From Promethearchaeota archaeon (GTDB lineage Archaea; Asgardarchaeota; Lokiarchaeia; Sigyniarchaeales; SOKP01): a stretch of 64,000 nucleotides of DNA. The stretch spans positions 32,001 to 96,000 of the forward strand of contig JBHLOY010000001.1 in NCBI GenBank assembly GCA_048939995.1, written 5' to 3'. The notes beneath the pieces are model-generated. The model ran no database searches. It had not been told where the DNA came from and worked only from the letters and a program-made list of their open reading frames with translations. The position numbers and the translations under genes were made by a program. Numbering within the stretch: the first letter of the stretch is position 1; the number at the start of each line of letters is the position of its first letter. Shown one piece after another: positions 20,024 to 29,588 of the stretch.

Positions 20024-20494
20024 ATGAACTCTCAAAAAATTGAATGGAAAAATAGTTTAATAAAAAGTATAATTTATAGAGGAATAACATTAGTATTAGG
20101 TACATTAACTGCTTATCTACTTACTGGGAGCATAGCTATTGCCACTGGTACAGCCCTTTTAACAGAAGCTGTACAAGCAGTAAACTATTTTATTTATGAA
20201 TTAATCTGGAGCAACATTGCCAGAAGAAAGTTGGAGAAAAAGATTCTTCAACAAATAAAAAATAAAGAAATTAATTTAAAAATTGACTATACCTCAATTC
20301 TCGATTTAGCATATCATATTTCTCAAATAGACACATTTGTTCCTAAACTTTATCTTTCGGGTTTAAATATTTTTAAAAGCATGTTGGAGAATCAAGATTT
20401 AGAAGAAGTGCATGATGAGATTGAAAAATATAAGAATCATTATGTGAAAGTCCATACAGGAAGAAAAATGTTCTTCTTAAGTGAAGAGCAATGA
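20024..20494 (+). CDS. DUF2061-like membrane protein with soluble C-terminal extension
   Basis: SLIKSIIYR..T...AYLLTG...YFIYELIW. Confidence 0.7.
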   Translation: MNSQKIEWKNSLIKSIIYRGITLVLGTLTAYLLTGSIAIATGTALLTEAVQAVNYFIYELIWSNIARRKLEKKILQQIKNKEINLKIDYTSILDLAYHISQIDTFVPKLYLSGLNIFKSMLENQDLEEVHDEIEKYKNHYVKVHTGRKMFFLSEEQ

Positions 20495-20549
20495 TTTTTT
20501 GTTCTAAATAATTAGGAAAAAATAATAAAATTATAAAAAACCCTACTTT

Positions 20550-20705
20550 CTAAGAGATGGCAAGAATTTGAGACTTCTCTTTTTGTATGAATTTTTGTTC
20601 TGAATCTTCATACTCACAATCTAAACATTGAACAATTACGGGAGGAAAATACTTGATAATTCGGGGTTTTTTCATGCTAGAACAATTTGGACAATTATAG
20701 TACAT
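20550..20705 (-). CDS. Small C4 Zn-finger protein (likely ATG start at 20705)
   Basis: MYYNCPNC...CLDCEY. Confidence 0.6.
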   Translation of the reverse strand: MYYNCPNCSSMKKPRIIKYFPPVIVQCLDCEYEDSEQKFIQKEKSQILAIS

Positions 20706-20863
20706 TTTTGTCTCCAAAATTACAGTAAGTCCAACTGTGATATTTTTAGAGAATAATAAAAAGTTCAATATTTTTTAAAAATATGTCATTAATTCTTAAA
20801 GTAGGTAAGATTTAAGATTTGTAAAGTGTTTTTCTTATCAAACAATTTTAAGTTATATTTAAT

Positions 20864-21766
20864 ATGCAAGACTTTTTTAATGTGATTTCAGAAGATTTTC
20901 CTGAAATTTATTTTGTAGAGGGAGCAAGAAAGGGTAAATATCCTTATTCACATTCTTTGCTTGTTCAAGATTACTTATTTGATACAGGAATATCATCCAG
21001 ATTGTTAAGAAAGTTAAAAAGAGAGTTTAAAATCAATTTTGTGTTATTATCTCATTGGCATGAGGACCATATATCAGGAAATAGAATTTTAACTGATTGT
21101 AAATTTTTTATACATCCAAAAGATAAAAAGTTCGTTGAAAATGTTGATAAATTTAATGATTATTATGGATTGACAGATTCTCCAGCCGTAGAATTATTTA
21201 GTTGGCTAGAAGATGCTTTAAAACTAAAAAATACTGAAATTGAAAAAGTTATTCAGGATAATGAACTCATAAAATTGAATAATAAATATACTATAAAAGT
21301 GATTCATACCCCAGGACATACTGCTGGTCATTGTTCCTTCTATGAATTAAATTCTAATATCGCATTTTTAGCCGATATAGATTTAACTAATTTTGTATTT
21401 TATGCTGGTATTGATTCCAATTTACTTGAATTTGAAGATTCAATTAAAAAACTTGAGAATCTAGATATTGATATAGCTGTGACAGGCCACCGAGGTATCA
21501 TTGAAGGTAAAAAAGAGATAAGGGAAGGACTGAAAAATTATCAATCAATTATTTACAAGCGAGATGAACGAATTCTTTCAAAATTTTCAGAATCTAACCC
21601 CATTAGGGTGGAGGATTTTAAAAAAAAAAACTATATCTATAAATATTATAGTGAGTTTAAAGAATATGAGATCATAGCTGAATTGATAATGATTCAAAAG
21701 CATTTTGATAAATTTTTAACACAAAAACTTATTTCTCCAAAAAATAATGGGTTTATACTAATTTGA
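20864..21766 (+). CDS. Metallo-beta-lactamase-fold hydrolase
   Basis: SHWHEDH, HTPGHTAGH, AD, GH. Confidence 0.9.
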   Translation: MQDFFNVISEDFPEIYFVEGARKGKYPYSHSLLVQDYLFDTGISSRLLRKLKREFKINFVLLSHWHEDHISGNRILTDCKFFIHPKDKKFVENVDKFNDYYGLTDSPAVELFSWLEDALKLKNTEIEKVIQDNELIKLNNKYTIKVIHTPGHTAGHCSFYELNSNIAFLADIDLTNFVFYAGIDSNLLEFEDSIKKLENLDIDIAVTGHRGIIEGKKEIREGLKNYQSIIYKRDERILSKFSESNPIRVEDFKKKNYIYKYYSEFKEYEIIAELIMIQKHFDKFLTQKLISPKNNGFILI

Positions 21767-21924
21767 AAATTTAAAAAAAGAGTGAATTTAATCTTTTTCT
21801 TTAGCTAATTTATCAACTTTACTTGGAATTCGCAAAATGCAAGTTATCTGAACAAGAACAATCAGAAATAAAGGAACAGTTAGATAAAGTAATTACTTTA
21901 GAAGAGGCTTAGACTTTTTAAAAG

Positions 21925-23448
21925 TCAATTTTCGATTGTACATATATTCCTTATTATCTCTAATAAAACTTCATATATAATGCCAACATCATCAATTTTT
22001 AACATTTCATTAGGAGTGTGTTCTCCAATAACCGTGGGCCCAATTGAAATTAATTCTAACTCGGGTAACTTTTGACTAATCATACCTGTCTCTAAGCCCC
22101 CATGTACTAAATTTGTTTTGACAGGTTTTTGATATACTAATTCATATTGTTTCCTTGCATAATGCAAAAATTTGGACTTGGGTTTTGGTATCCATTCTGG
22201 TAAAATGGATCTTAAATCCATTTGCCACCCTCCAAGCTCACCTAGCTGAACCATAGAACGCCTAAATGAATTTAGTTCAGATCTCACTATACTTCGAGGA
22301 TAAAGACGCATTATAATGCGATCTTCTTTTGTCCATACAATAGCAAAATTATTAGAAGATTCAGGAAAATCTTCATAAAAAGGTGAATATCTTAAGACTC
22401 CTTGAGGAAAAAGGCTCGTTGTATATAAAATAGTCCGTGTATCCTTAATCGATAAAAATCTATCAGGTTTTGACTTTTTCCAGGTGATATTTATATCAGG
22501 TTCTATTATCAAATGCCCTTCTTTGGAAGACTTATAATAATCATAGATAAATGATATCTCATCCTTAAGTTGTTTTTCAAAATTTTCTTCATCCTTTGAG
22601 TTAATAGCAAACTTAACTTCTGCATTTCTAGTTATTACATTTGACACTGTTCCCCCATTCCAGTAACATAAATAGATATTGAAATTTTGGAAAATGTTTG
22701 ATAAAATTTTACTAATCAACTTATTTGCATTTGCTCGAGGTAAATGAATATCAGCTCCAGAATGGCCTCCTAAAAGACCATTGATATTTAACTCAAAAAA
22801 TGAGAGATCTTTAATTGAATCAGCTTTTAGCCATTCAAATTCTTTTATAAATATAGTTCTTCCTCCACAAACTGATCCAATTGTGATTTCTCCGATAGGT
22901 CCACTGTCTAAATTTATCATATATTTACTTTGAATATCAAATTCCTTTGGATCTAGATTTGTAGCTCCATCAAAGCCATCTTCTTCATTAACAGTAAAGA
23001 GTACTTCAATAGGTCCATGAGAGTTCAATCTTTTATTGTCAACTAATAAAGCTAATGCGAATGCTAGACCAATTCCATCATCTGCGCCTAACGTAGTTCC
23101 ATCAGCATCAATCCATTCGTTATTTTCTTGTATTCTAATAGGAATTCCTTCCTCATCAAAATTGAATCCATCAAGTCTGCTAGTTTCACAAACCATATCT
23201 AAGTGAGCTTGAAGTAACAATGTTGGGCAATGTTCCATTCCAAGTGTAGCAGCTTTTTTAATCATTATACTTCCAGTAGTATCCTCTGATATTTTAATTT
23301 TCAAATCTTTTAATTCTGCTTGTTCTTTTAACCAAGTTTTAATTTTAGAACGGATTTTTTCTTCATGTTTAGATTTTCGAGGAGTTTTCGTAATAATATC
23401 CTCAAAAATTTTCCATACAATTTGTGGTTCTAATTTTTCCAACACCAT
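21925..23448 (-). CDS. pepD: Aminoacyl-histidine dipeptidase (M20C, PepD-like)
   Basis: QAHLDMVCE, GTTLGADDGIG, NEEDG, GGHSG.DIH..RANA, HGGLE, HTPNE. Confidence 0.9.
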   Translation of the reverse strand: MVLEKLEPQIVWKIFEDIITKTPRKSKHEEKIRSKIKTWLKEQAELKDLKIKISEDTTGSIMIKKAATLGMEHCPTLLLQAHLDMVCETSRLDGFNFDEEGIPIRIQENNEWIDADGTTLGADDGIGLAFALALLVDNKRLNSHGPIEVLFTVNEEDGFDGATNLDPKEFDIQSKYMINLDSGPIGEITIGSVCGGRTIFIKEFEWLKADSIKDLSFFELNINGLLGGHSGADIHLPRANANKLISKILSNIFQNFNIYLCYWNGGTVSNVITRNAEVKFAINSKDEENFEKQLKDEISFIYDYYKSSKEGHLIIEPDINITWKKSKPDRFLSIKDTRTILYTTSLFPQGVLRYSPFYEDFPESSNNFAIVWTKEDRIIMRLYPRSIVRSELNSFRRSMVQLGELGGWQMDLRSILPEWIPKPKSKFLHYARKQYELVYQKPVKTNLVHGGLETGMISQKLPELELISIGPTVIGEHTPNEMLKIDDVGIIYEVLLEIIRNICTIEN

Positions 23449-23523
23449 AATTATTACCTAAATTCAATAATATTTTAATATTAATCAAAATTAAGAAAAT
23501 TTCAATTTTAATAGGTTTAAGAC

Positions 23524-24288
23524 ATGAATGAAATTGTGTTATATGAAAAAGAAGGAGATATTGGAAAAATAACTCTAAATAAACCAGAACAACGAAATGC
23601 AATAGATTTAGCAACACTTAATAAATTGATTGAATGTTTTAGGACAAGTGCTAAAAATAATGATGTTTGTTTAATATACGGGGCTAATGGAAAGAATTTT
23701 ACTGTGGGTGCTGATTTAAAATATGGATTTGATTTATTGAGTTCGAGCCAAAGACTAGCAGAAGCAATTGAGTTCTTAGAGTCGTGGCAAGTATTAACTA
23801 GAGCAATGTTAGCACATCCTGGAATAATAATAGCAGGACTTCATGGATGGGTTATTGGTGGTGGATTTGAGCATACACTAATATGTGATTTAAGAATAGC
23901 TGCAACAGATACCCGAATCATGCTTCCTGAAGTTGGTATTGGACTTTTCTTTTCAAATGCATCTACTAAGCTTTTACCTAGTATCATAGGGCAAGCTCGA
24001 GCGAAAGAGTTAATGTTATTAGGCAATGAAATCTCAGCTGAAGAAGCCTTTAAAATAGGCTTAGTAAATCAGATATGTCCTGAGGCTAGTTTGGACAGAA
24101 TCTTGAAGAAAACGGCAAACATAATTGTATCTAAAGATCATCTTGCTTTAAGATATACTAAATCATTTATTAATGAAAACCATGATTTAAATATTGAAGC
24201 TGTTTTGGCTCGCGAATCAATTGCAATGATTACTACAGGTCAATCGGATGAACTTAAGAAAAGACTTCAAAAATTTGTGAGAAAATAG
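23524..24288 (+). CDS. Enoyl-CoA hydratase/isomerase
   Basis: FTVGADL, GGGFE, PEVGIG. Confidence 0.92.
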   Translation: MNEIVLYEKEGDIGKITLNKPEQRNAIDLATLNKLIECFRTSAKNNDVCLIYGANGKNFTVGADLKYGFDLLSSSQRLAEAIEFLESWQVLTRAMLAHPGIIIAGLHGWVIGGGFEHTLICDLRIAATDTRIMLPEVGIGLFFSNASTKLLPSIIGQARAKELMLLGNEISAEEAFKIGLVNQICPEASLDRILKKTANIIVSKDHLALRYTKSFINENHDLNIEAVLARESIAMITTGQSDELKKRLQKFVRK

Positions 24289-24350
24289 AAATTTTTTCCA
24301 AATAATTAACTAAATAATTTTTTAAATAGAACAAAATAGAAGGAATTAAT

Positions 24351-25505
24351 ATGAAAGCTATAAAATCACCTCCTGATAAAACCGAATTAGATAATAGGTT
24401 AGAAAAAGTTAAAGAATTAATGGAAAAAGAAAAATTAGACTATTATATCTCTTGTGATCCTGTGAATATCTATTATTTAACTAATTTTACATTTTATATC
24501 CACGAGCGCCCTTTTATTTTAATTATTCCTATAAATGAAACACCAATAATGTTACTCCCTTTATTGGAAAAAGGACATTTTGAAGAAAGAACAATTATTA
24601 AACCTCAAATAATCACTTATTATGAATTCCCCGCTCTTAAAGGCAAAAATTGGTTTGATTGTTACAAAAACTTAATTCCCGAGAATGTTAATGTCGGCAT
24701 AGAATCTTCTATGCCAGTAGGCATAGTAGAGAAAACAGCCGGTGAAAAATTCATTATCGACATAATCGAAGAAGTTAGAATCATTAAAACAGAGTATGAA
24801 ATTGGTAGGATTATTCATGCTTGCAAAATAGTGAATAAAGGTCATAAAGTATTACTTAAGAAATGTCGACCAAAAGTTTTGGAATTTGCGCTCTATAAAG
24901 AAGTGACAGATGCCATAACATCCAAGATTGTACAAGATATTCCCAAGGCTAATTTTAAAGCTACACAAGCTACTGCTGTAGTTTGGCCACCTTCAATTTC
25001 TCATGATCCCCATCTAGTTCCACATATCTTTGCCGAAATGAAACAAGGAGGACCTCATATATCGATGGTTCAAGTCCAAGTAGATGGTTATGGTGTTGAG
25101 TTAGAACGAACGTTTTTCTTAGGATATGTACCAGAAAAAGCAAAACAACCCTTTAACACTATGATTAAAGCTAGAGATTTAGCATTTAGCCTTTTAAAAC
25201 CCGGAACGCTTATGAGCGATATAGATAAAAAAGTGCGAGAATTTATAGCTGAGAAAGGATATAGTGATAATATTATCCATCGTACTGGACATGGTTTTGG
25301 AATAACAGGTCATGAAGCTCCTTATATTGCTGAAGGATATGATAGACAACTTGAAGCAAATATGGTAATTAGCATCGAACCGGGAATATACATTCCAGAT
25401 TTAGGAGGATTCCGCCATTCGGATACAGTATTAATAAATGATAAGGGGTATCAGAAATTAACAGAAGCCCCAGAAACACTTGAAGATCTGACACTATCAA
25501 TATAA
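24351..25505 (+). CDS. M24 family (Xaa-Pro peptidase/creatinase-like) protein
   Basis: Creatinase_N domain, RIIKTEYEI, HRTGHGFG, HEAP, EPGIY. Confidence 0.88.
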   Translation: MKAIKSPPDKTELDNRLEKVKELMEKEKLDYYISCDPVNIYYLTNFTFYIHERPFILIIPINETPIMLLPLLEKGHFEERTIIKPQIITYYEFPALKGKNWFDCYKNLIPENVNVGIESSMPVGIVEKTAGEKFIIDIIEEVRIIKTEYEIGRIIHACKIVNKGHKVLLKKCRPKVLEFALYKEVTDAITSKIVQDIPKANFKATQATAVVWPPSISHDPHLVPHIFAEMKQGGPHISMVQVQVDGYGVELERTFFLGYVPEKAKQPFNTMIKARDLAFSLLKPGTLMSDIDKKVREFIAEKGYSDNIIHRTGHGFGITGHEAPYIAEGYDRQLEANMVISIEPGIYIPDLGGFRHSDTVLINDKGYQKLTEAPETLEDLTLSI

Positions 25506-25516
25506 AAATGTTAATT

Positions 25517-26029
25517 TTATATTTCCTTAGTGATTTTTTCTAATATTTTTCTATTCGTAGGTTCTGGAATTTCCCCTTCAAAATAGCCCATTGGTAACAA
25601 GGTGAGAACATAATCATTTTTTCCAAGTTCAAGGATTTGTTTCGCCTTATCACGGTCCATTGAGCCAATCCAGCATGTACCTATCCCTAAAGCCCAAGCC
25701 ATAAGCATCATATTCATTGAAACTAACGAAGTGTCTTGAATGTACCATTTTGGACTTTGGTTTACTTTACCGATAATAGCGACTAATATCGGAGCTGTTG
25801 CTGTAAATTTACCATAAGTAGCTGTTTTTGTTAATGCTGCTTTTTTAGATTTACTCTTAACAACTATAAATTCCCACGGTTGCCTATTTGATGCACTTGG
25901 AGCCCATCTACCTGCTTCTAAAATCATTTCTAATTGTTTATCAGGTATTTCCTTTTCTTGGAAATTTCTAATACTACGTCTACTTTTCAAAAATTCTAAA
26001 AAATCTTCTGAGTTAATCATTTTTATCAA
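25517..26029 (-). CDS. Nitroreductase family protein
   Basis: RRSIRNF, APSASNRQPWEF, GIGTCWIG. Confidence 0.92.
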   Translation of the reverse strand: MIKMINSEDFLEFLKSRRSIRNFQEKEIPDKQLEMILEAGRWAPSASNRQPWEFIVVKSKSKKAALTKTATYGKFTATAPILVAIIGKVNQSPKWYIQDTSLVSMNMMLMAWALGIGTCWIGSMDRDKAKQILELGKNDYVLTLLPMGYFEGEIPEPTNRKILEKITKEI

Positions 26030-26172
26030 TAAAAAAGACTCAAACTTAATTTTATAATTATTATTAACCTTTAAATGTATTTCTAATGCTGCTTTAGGAG
26101 ATTTTTAGATTCAAAATACATAAACTATATTTTAATTCTTGCTTTGCTCATAAACGATTGGTTAATAAGTAT

Positions 26173-27432
26173 TTAATCTGATTTATTGTTATTAAAATAC
26201 TCTGATTCCAAATTAGGGTATATTTTTTTCTTTCTACCATCCTTTCTAAAATTAATCAGTCCGAGTTCTTTTAGTTTATTTACATGATATTGAATAGTTT
26301 TATGATCCACTTTCAGACGTTTAGTAATTAAGTTATTCCAGAGACCAGGTTCTTTTTCTATCATCTCTAAGACTTCTAACGTTAATTTGCTCTTACTTAG
26401 TTCTACATCTAAATTCGAAATTGGATTTTTTTGATAATATGGAAAATATGTTATAAACTTGCCTATTCTTTTTTTTCCTATGACCTTATACGTTTCTAAT
26501 ATATCTAAATGCCAAACAAGGTTCCCAGCAGCAATTCCCATTTCTCTTAAAAGTTCATTAAAATGAATACCAGGGTTTTTAAGAATTAGATCTATAATAG
26601 CATTTCTATTTTCATTTTCTAAAACTTCCTCTAAACTTAATCGATGTGCACCTTTTTGTATTGGGGTCTGTCTTGTCCTAAGGTAATGAAAGTAGTCCTT
26701 TTTTGATATTAATATCACTATAGAGCCAAAAGCAGCTGCTAAAATTATGATTAGAACTACCCAAAACCATCCATCAAAAATCTCAGTGATTTCAAAAAAT
26801 GTAACAAAGTATTCAGTGTTTGCTTCAATACTCGAAATAGAACTTTCTAAATAACTCTCAGAGCTAGTCTCGTTCAATATTTCATTAGTATCAATTAATT
26901 GCCATGATTCTTGAGTAGGATTATAAAATCCCATTGTATATTGAATACCCGGATTTAATCCATAAAAAGCATTTTTTATACTGCGAAAAACAAGATTTTC
27001 AATAGTTACATTGGATCTAATTCGATAAATACAGTTATATCGATATTGATATTGATTATTTCCTCTTCCTGGGTTTTCAGGTTGTCTAGTTAAGTTAAAT
27101 TCACCTATATCTACTCTAATTGTGACATTCAAGTATATGGGAATGCTATTATTAACAATTATGAAAATTTGACGATTTGAAATTCTATTTTCGTAATTAA
27201 TGTCAATATCTATAATTGTATCTGTAGAAATTCCAAAAATTATGTCATTTGGAAATCTATAGATCACCGTTTCATTTGGATGAATTCTATCTTGATGAGA
27301 AAAAGTGGGAATATCTTCACTTCTTGCTGACACTTGATACATAAAAAAAGTAAATTGAAGGATTACCATAATTGTTATTAATATACTAAATTTCTGTTGA
27401 TTTTTTCTAAAGAAAATGTGAATAAGCCTCAA
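26173..27432 (-). CDS. Membrane-spanning transcription regulator: signal peptide, ectodomain, TM, tandem winged HTH
   Basis: TM WFWVVLIIILAAAFGSIVILI; PGIHFNELLRE..GNLVWHL and PGLW..IQYHVNKL. Confidence 0.85.
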   Translation of the reverse strand: MRLIHIFFRKNQQKFSILITIMVILQFTFFMYQVSARSEDIPTFSHQDRIHPNETVIYRFPNDIIFGISTDTIIDIDINYENRISNRQIFIIVNNSIPIYLNVTIRVDIGEFNLTRQPENPGRGNNQYQYRYNCIYRIRSNVTIENLVFRSIKNAFYGLNPGIQYTMGFYNPTQESWQLIDTNEILNETSSESYLESSISSIEANTEYFVTFFEITEIFDGWFWVVLIIILAAAFGSIVILISKKDYFHYLRTRQTPIQKGAHRLSLEEVLENENRNAIIDLILKNPGIHFNELLREMGIAAGNLVWHLDILETYKVIGKKRIGKFITYFPYYQKNPISNLDVELSKSKLTLEVLEMIEKEPGLWNNLITKRLKVDHKTIQYHVNKLKELGLINFRKDGRKKKIYPNLESEYFNNNKSD

Positions 27433-27501
27433 TTTTTTGTTATTCTATAATTATATAAAAATTTAAAAAAAAATAATATTTTCAATTAGATTTCTAAACG
27501 A

Positions 27502-28188
27502 TTATTTCCTTCTTTTAAGATATACAATTCCTATTACTATGACTGCCGCTACAATAGCTATACTAACGCCAATAATGATATATAAAGTAGTATTCTCTGG
27601 AATTAATATTGTCCAATATGAAAAATGAGTAATAGTGGCTGTTAGATATTCATCCTCAATAGTCGTTGGAACTGAAACCCATTCACTTGTAGCTTCATCG
27701 TAATAAGCCCAAGTCCCTACTCTGTTTTGATTGGTTGCTTGGATCCTTATTCTTGCTTGTGTGAAAGTTCCATTACATTCAATATAACAACAAAAACCTT
27801 CTTGATATTGATACGTATTTCTATTTCTTATCCTGTATGTATTACCCATTTGTAATCCTAGTTGCTCTTCTTCACGTGTACAAGTCATATTCATTTGTAA
27901 ATCATGAACTCCATCAATTTCGACTACAAAATCTTTAACACCAATCTGTAATGCTTCACAGTCCATGTTTAAATCTAAATTAACATTAGCTTGAAATGTT
28001 AATTGAGTCCTATCTCGAAAGCGAAACATCGTTCTAATATTTGCTTCTACCGTTTGTTGTCTTGTATCAACTGAAACGTTAACCGTGTCATCAGGGGGAT
28101 CCATAGCCACAACATTTAATGACGCAAACGTAGAAAAAAGCATCATCAAAAGAAATGTACTTAAAAGAATTTTACTTAATTTTCTCAT
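27502..28188 (-). CDS. Secreted, C-terminally anchored protein; ectodomain paralogous to that of 26173..27432
   Basis: Signal peptide, beta-rich domain ending THFSYW, TM, KRRK stop-transfer. Confidence 0.8.
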   Translation of the reverse strand: MRKLSKILLSTFLLMMLFSTFASLNVVAMDPPDDTVNVSVDTRQQTVEANIRTMFRFRDRTQLTFQANVNLDLNMDCEALQIGVKDFVVEIDGVHDLQMNMTCTREEEQLGLQMGNTYRIRNRNTYQYQEGFCCYIECNGTFTQARIRIQATNQNRVGTWAYYDEATSEWVSVPTTIEDEYLTATITHFSYWTILIPENTTLYIIIGVSIAIVAAVIVIGIVYLKRRK

Positions 28189-28287
28189 TTTTTATCTCTC
28201 AATTATTTTTAAGAAATACAAATCAAATCTATATAAAAAGGATTGAGGAATGATTCTTCCCAATTGAATTAAGTTCATTTTGGAATA

Positions 28288-29259
28288 TTAATCTAATAAT
28301 ATAGTATCAATCTTTTGTACTAAGTCAGAGGATAAAGGCCCTAATTCCAATGTTCTAGCATTTTCTTCAATTTGTGCAATTGTTTTAGCCCCCGGGATCG
28401 GGATTATAGTATCACTAATAGTCATGAGGTAACAAAGTTGGGCTTGAATTATTGTTATTCCTTCTTGATCTATCATATTTTTTAATTCTTGAAGCATTTT
28501 GTTAATTTTTTTGTATCGTTCTTGAGAAAAGTTAACTCCAGCAAGCATATGATCAGCTTCAATCTTAGATTGCTCATTGTATTTACCGGTTAGAATACCA
28601 GAAGCTAAAGGACTTCTTATTAATCCAATTAAATTGAATTTTTCGCAAAGTTGTATCATTTGTTCGTTTTTTAAAGTTAGGTTCATTGCGAATTGTACTG
28701 AATTGCAATTTTTACTTTTTGCGAATATCTGCATTCGATTTGGGTCGTCTGTACTCCATCCATAGCCGCCTATAATTCCCTCTTCTACTAAATCTTCTAA
28801 GATTAATTGTACTTCTTTAGCGTCATTAGGGTCATGCTGACTGGAATGGAATTGGTAAATATCAATATAATCGGTTTGAAGCCGCTCCATACTGGCTTCA
28901 ATAGCACTACGAATATACTCAGGACTAGTATTTTTCTTATCTGGAGTTAAAAGATTACCTTCCTCAAAAATACTTCCGAATTTTGTAGCGACTACAAGAT
29001 CATCTCTATATTCTTTTATGGCTTCTCCGAGAACTTTTTCACTTCTCCCTACTCCATATATATCTGCTGTATCAAAAAGATTAATTCCAAGCTCTATAGC
29101 CCTATGAATAGTTTTGATTGATTCTTGATCATTTACTTTTCCATACGCCAGATAAGTTCCATCAGAGCGCTTGAACGGTCCACCAAGAGCAAAGCATCCC
29201 ATTCCAAGAGCATTTATAGTTTTTTTACTTCCTTTAAGTTTTCTTTTTAACATAATCAC
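28288..29259 (-). CDS. Aldo/keto reductase
   Basis: LGMGC, FDTADIYG, ATKFG, TDYIDIYQFH, PIPGAK. Confidence 0.93.
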   Translation of the reverse strand: MIMLKRKLKGSKKTINALGMGCFALGGPFKRSDGTYLAYGKVNDQESIKTIHRAIELGINLFDTADIYGVGRSEKVLGEAIKEYRDDLVVATKFGSIFEEGNLLTPDKKNTSPEYIRSAIEASMERLQTDYIDIYQFHSSQHDPNDAKEVQLILEDLVEEGIIGGYGWSTDDPNRMQIFAKSKNCNSVQFAMNLTLKNEQMIQLCEKFNLIGLIRSPLASGILTGKYNEQSKIEADHMLAGVNFSQERYKKINKMLQELKNMIDQEGITIIQAQLCYLMTISDTIIPIPGAKTIAQIEENARTLELGPLSSDLVQKIDTILLD

Positions 29260-29588
29260 TAATTTTTAAAAAATAAGTGTAACTTAATATAGCACTAATT
29301 ACTAACACTGTTTTACGTTCTATTAAAGAAATCTGCTGATATATAGTTTGAAATATTGAACTTCACTTGAAGTTTAATCTTAATAAAGTTTTATGATATT
29401 TCCCTTCTTGTTTATTTTGAATGATTTGGATACTGAAAATAAAGAAATCCTTAAAATTAAAAATAATAAATATTATATTTTAGCATATAATTTGAAAATA
29501 TTATTATAGACTTTAAAATATAATAAAATTATTGAAAAGGAATTAATTTATAATAATATAACAGAATTTAAAAATTGGAGAAATACTT

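Noticed and set aside
21800-21912. Short coding-like remnant (…KLSEQEQSEIKEQLDKVITLEEA*)
   Set aside because: No start codon and no identifiable parent gene.
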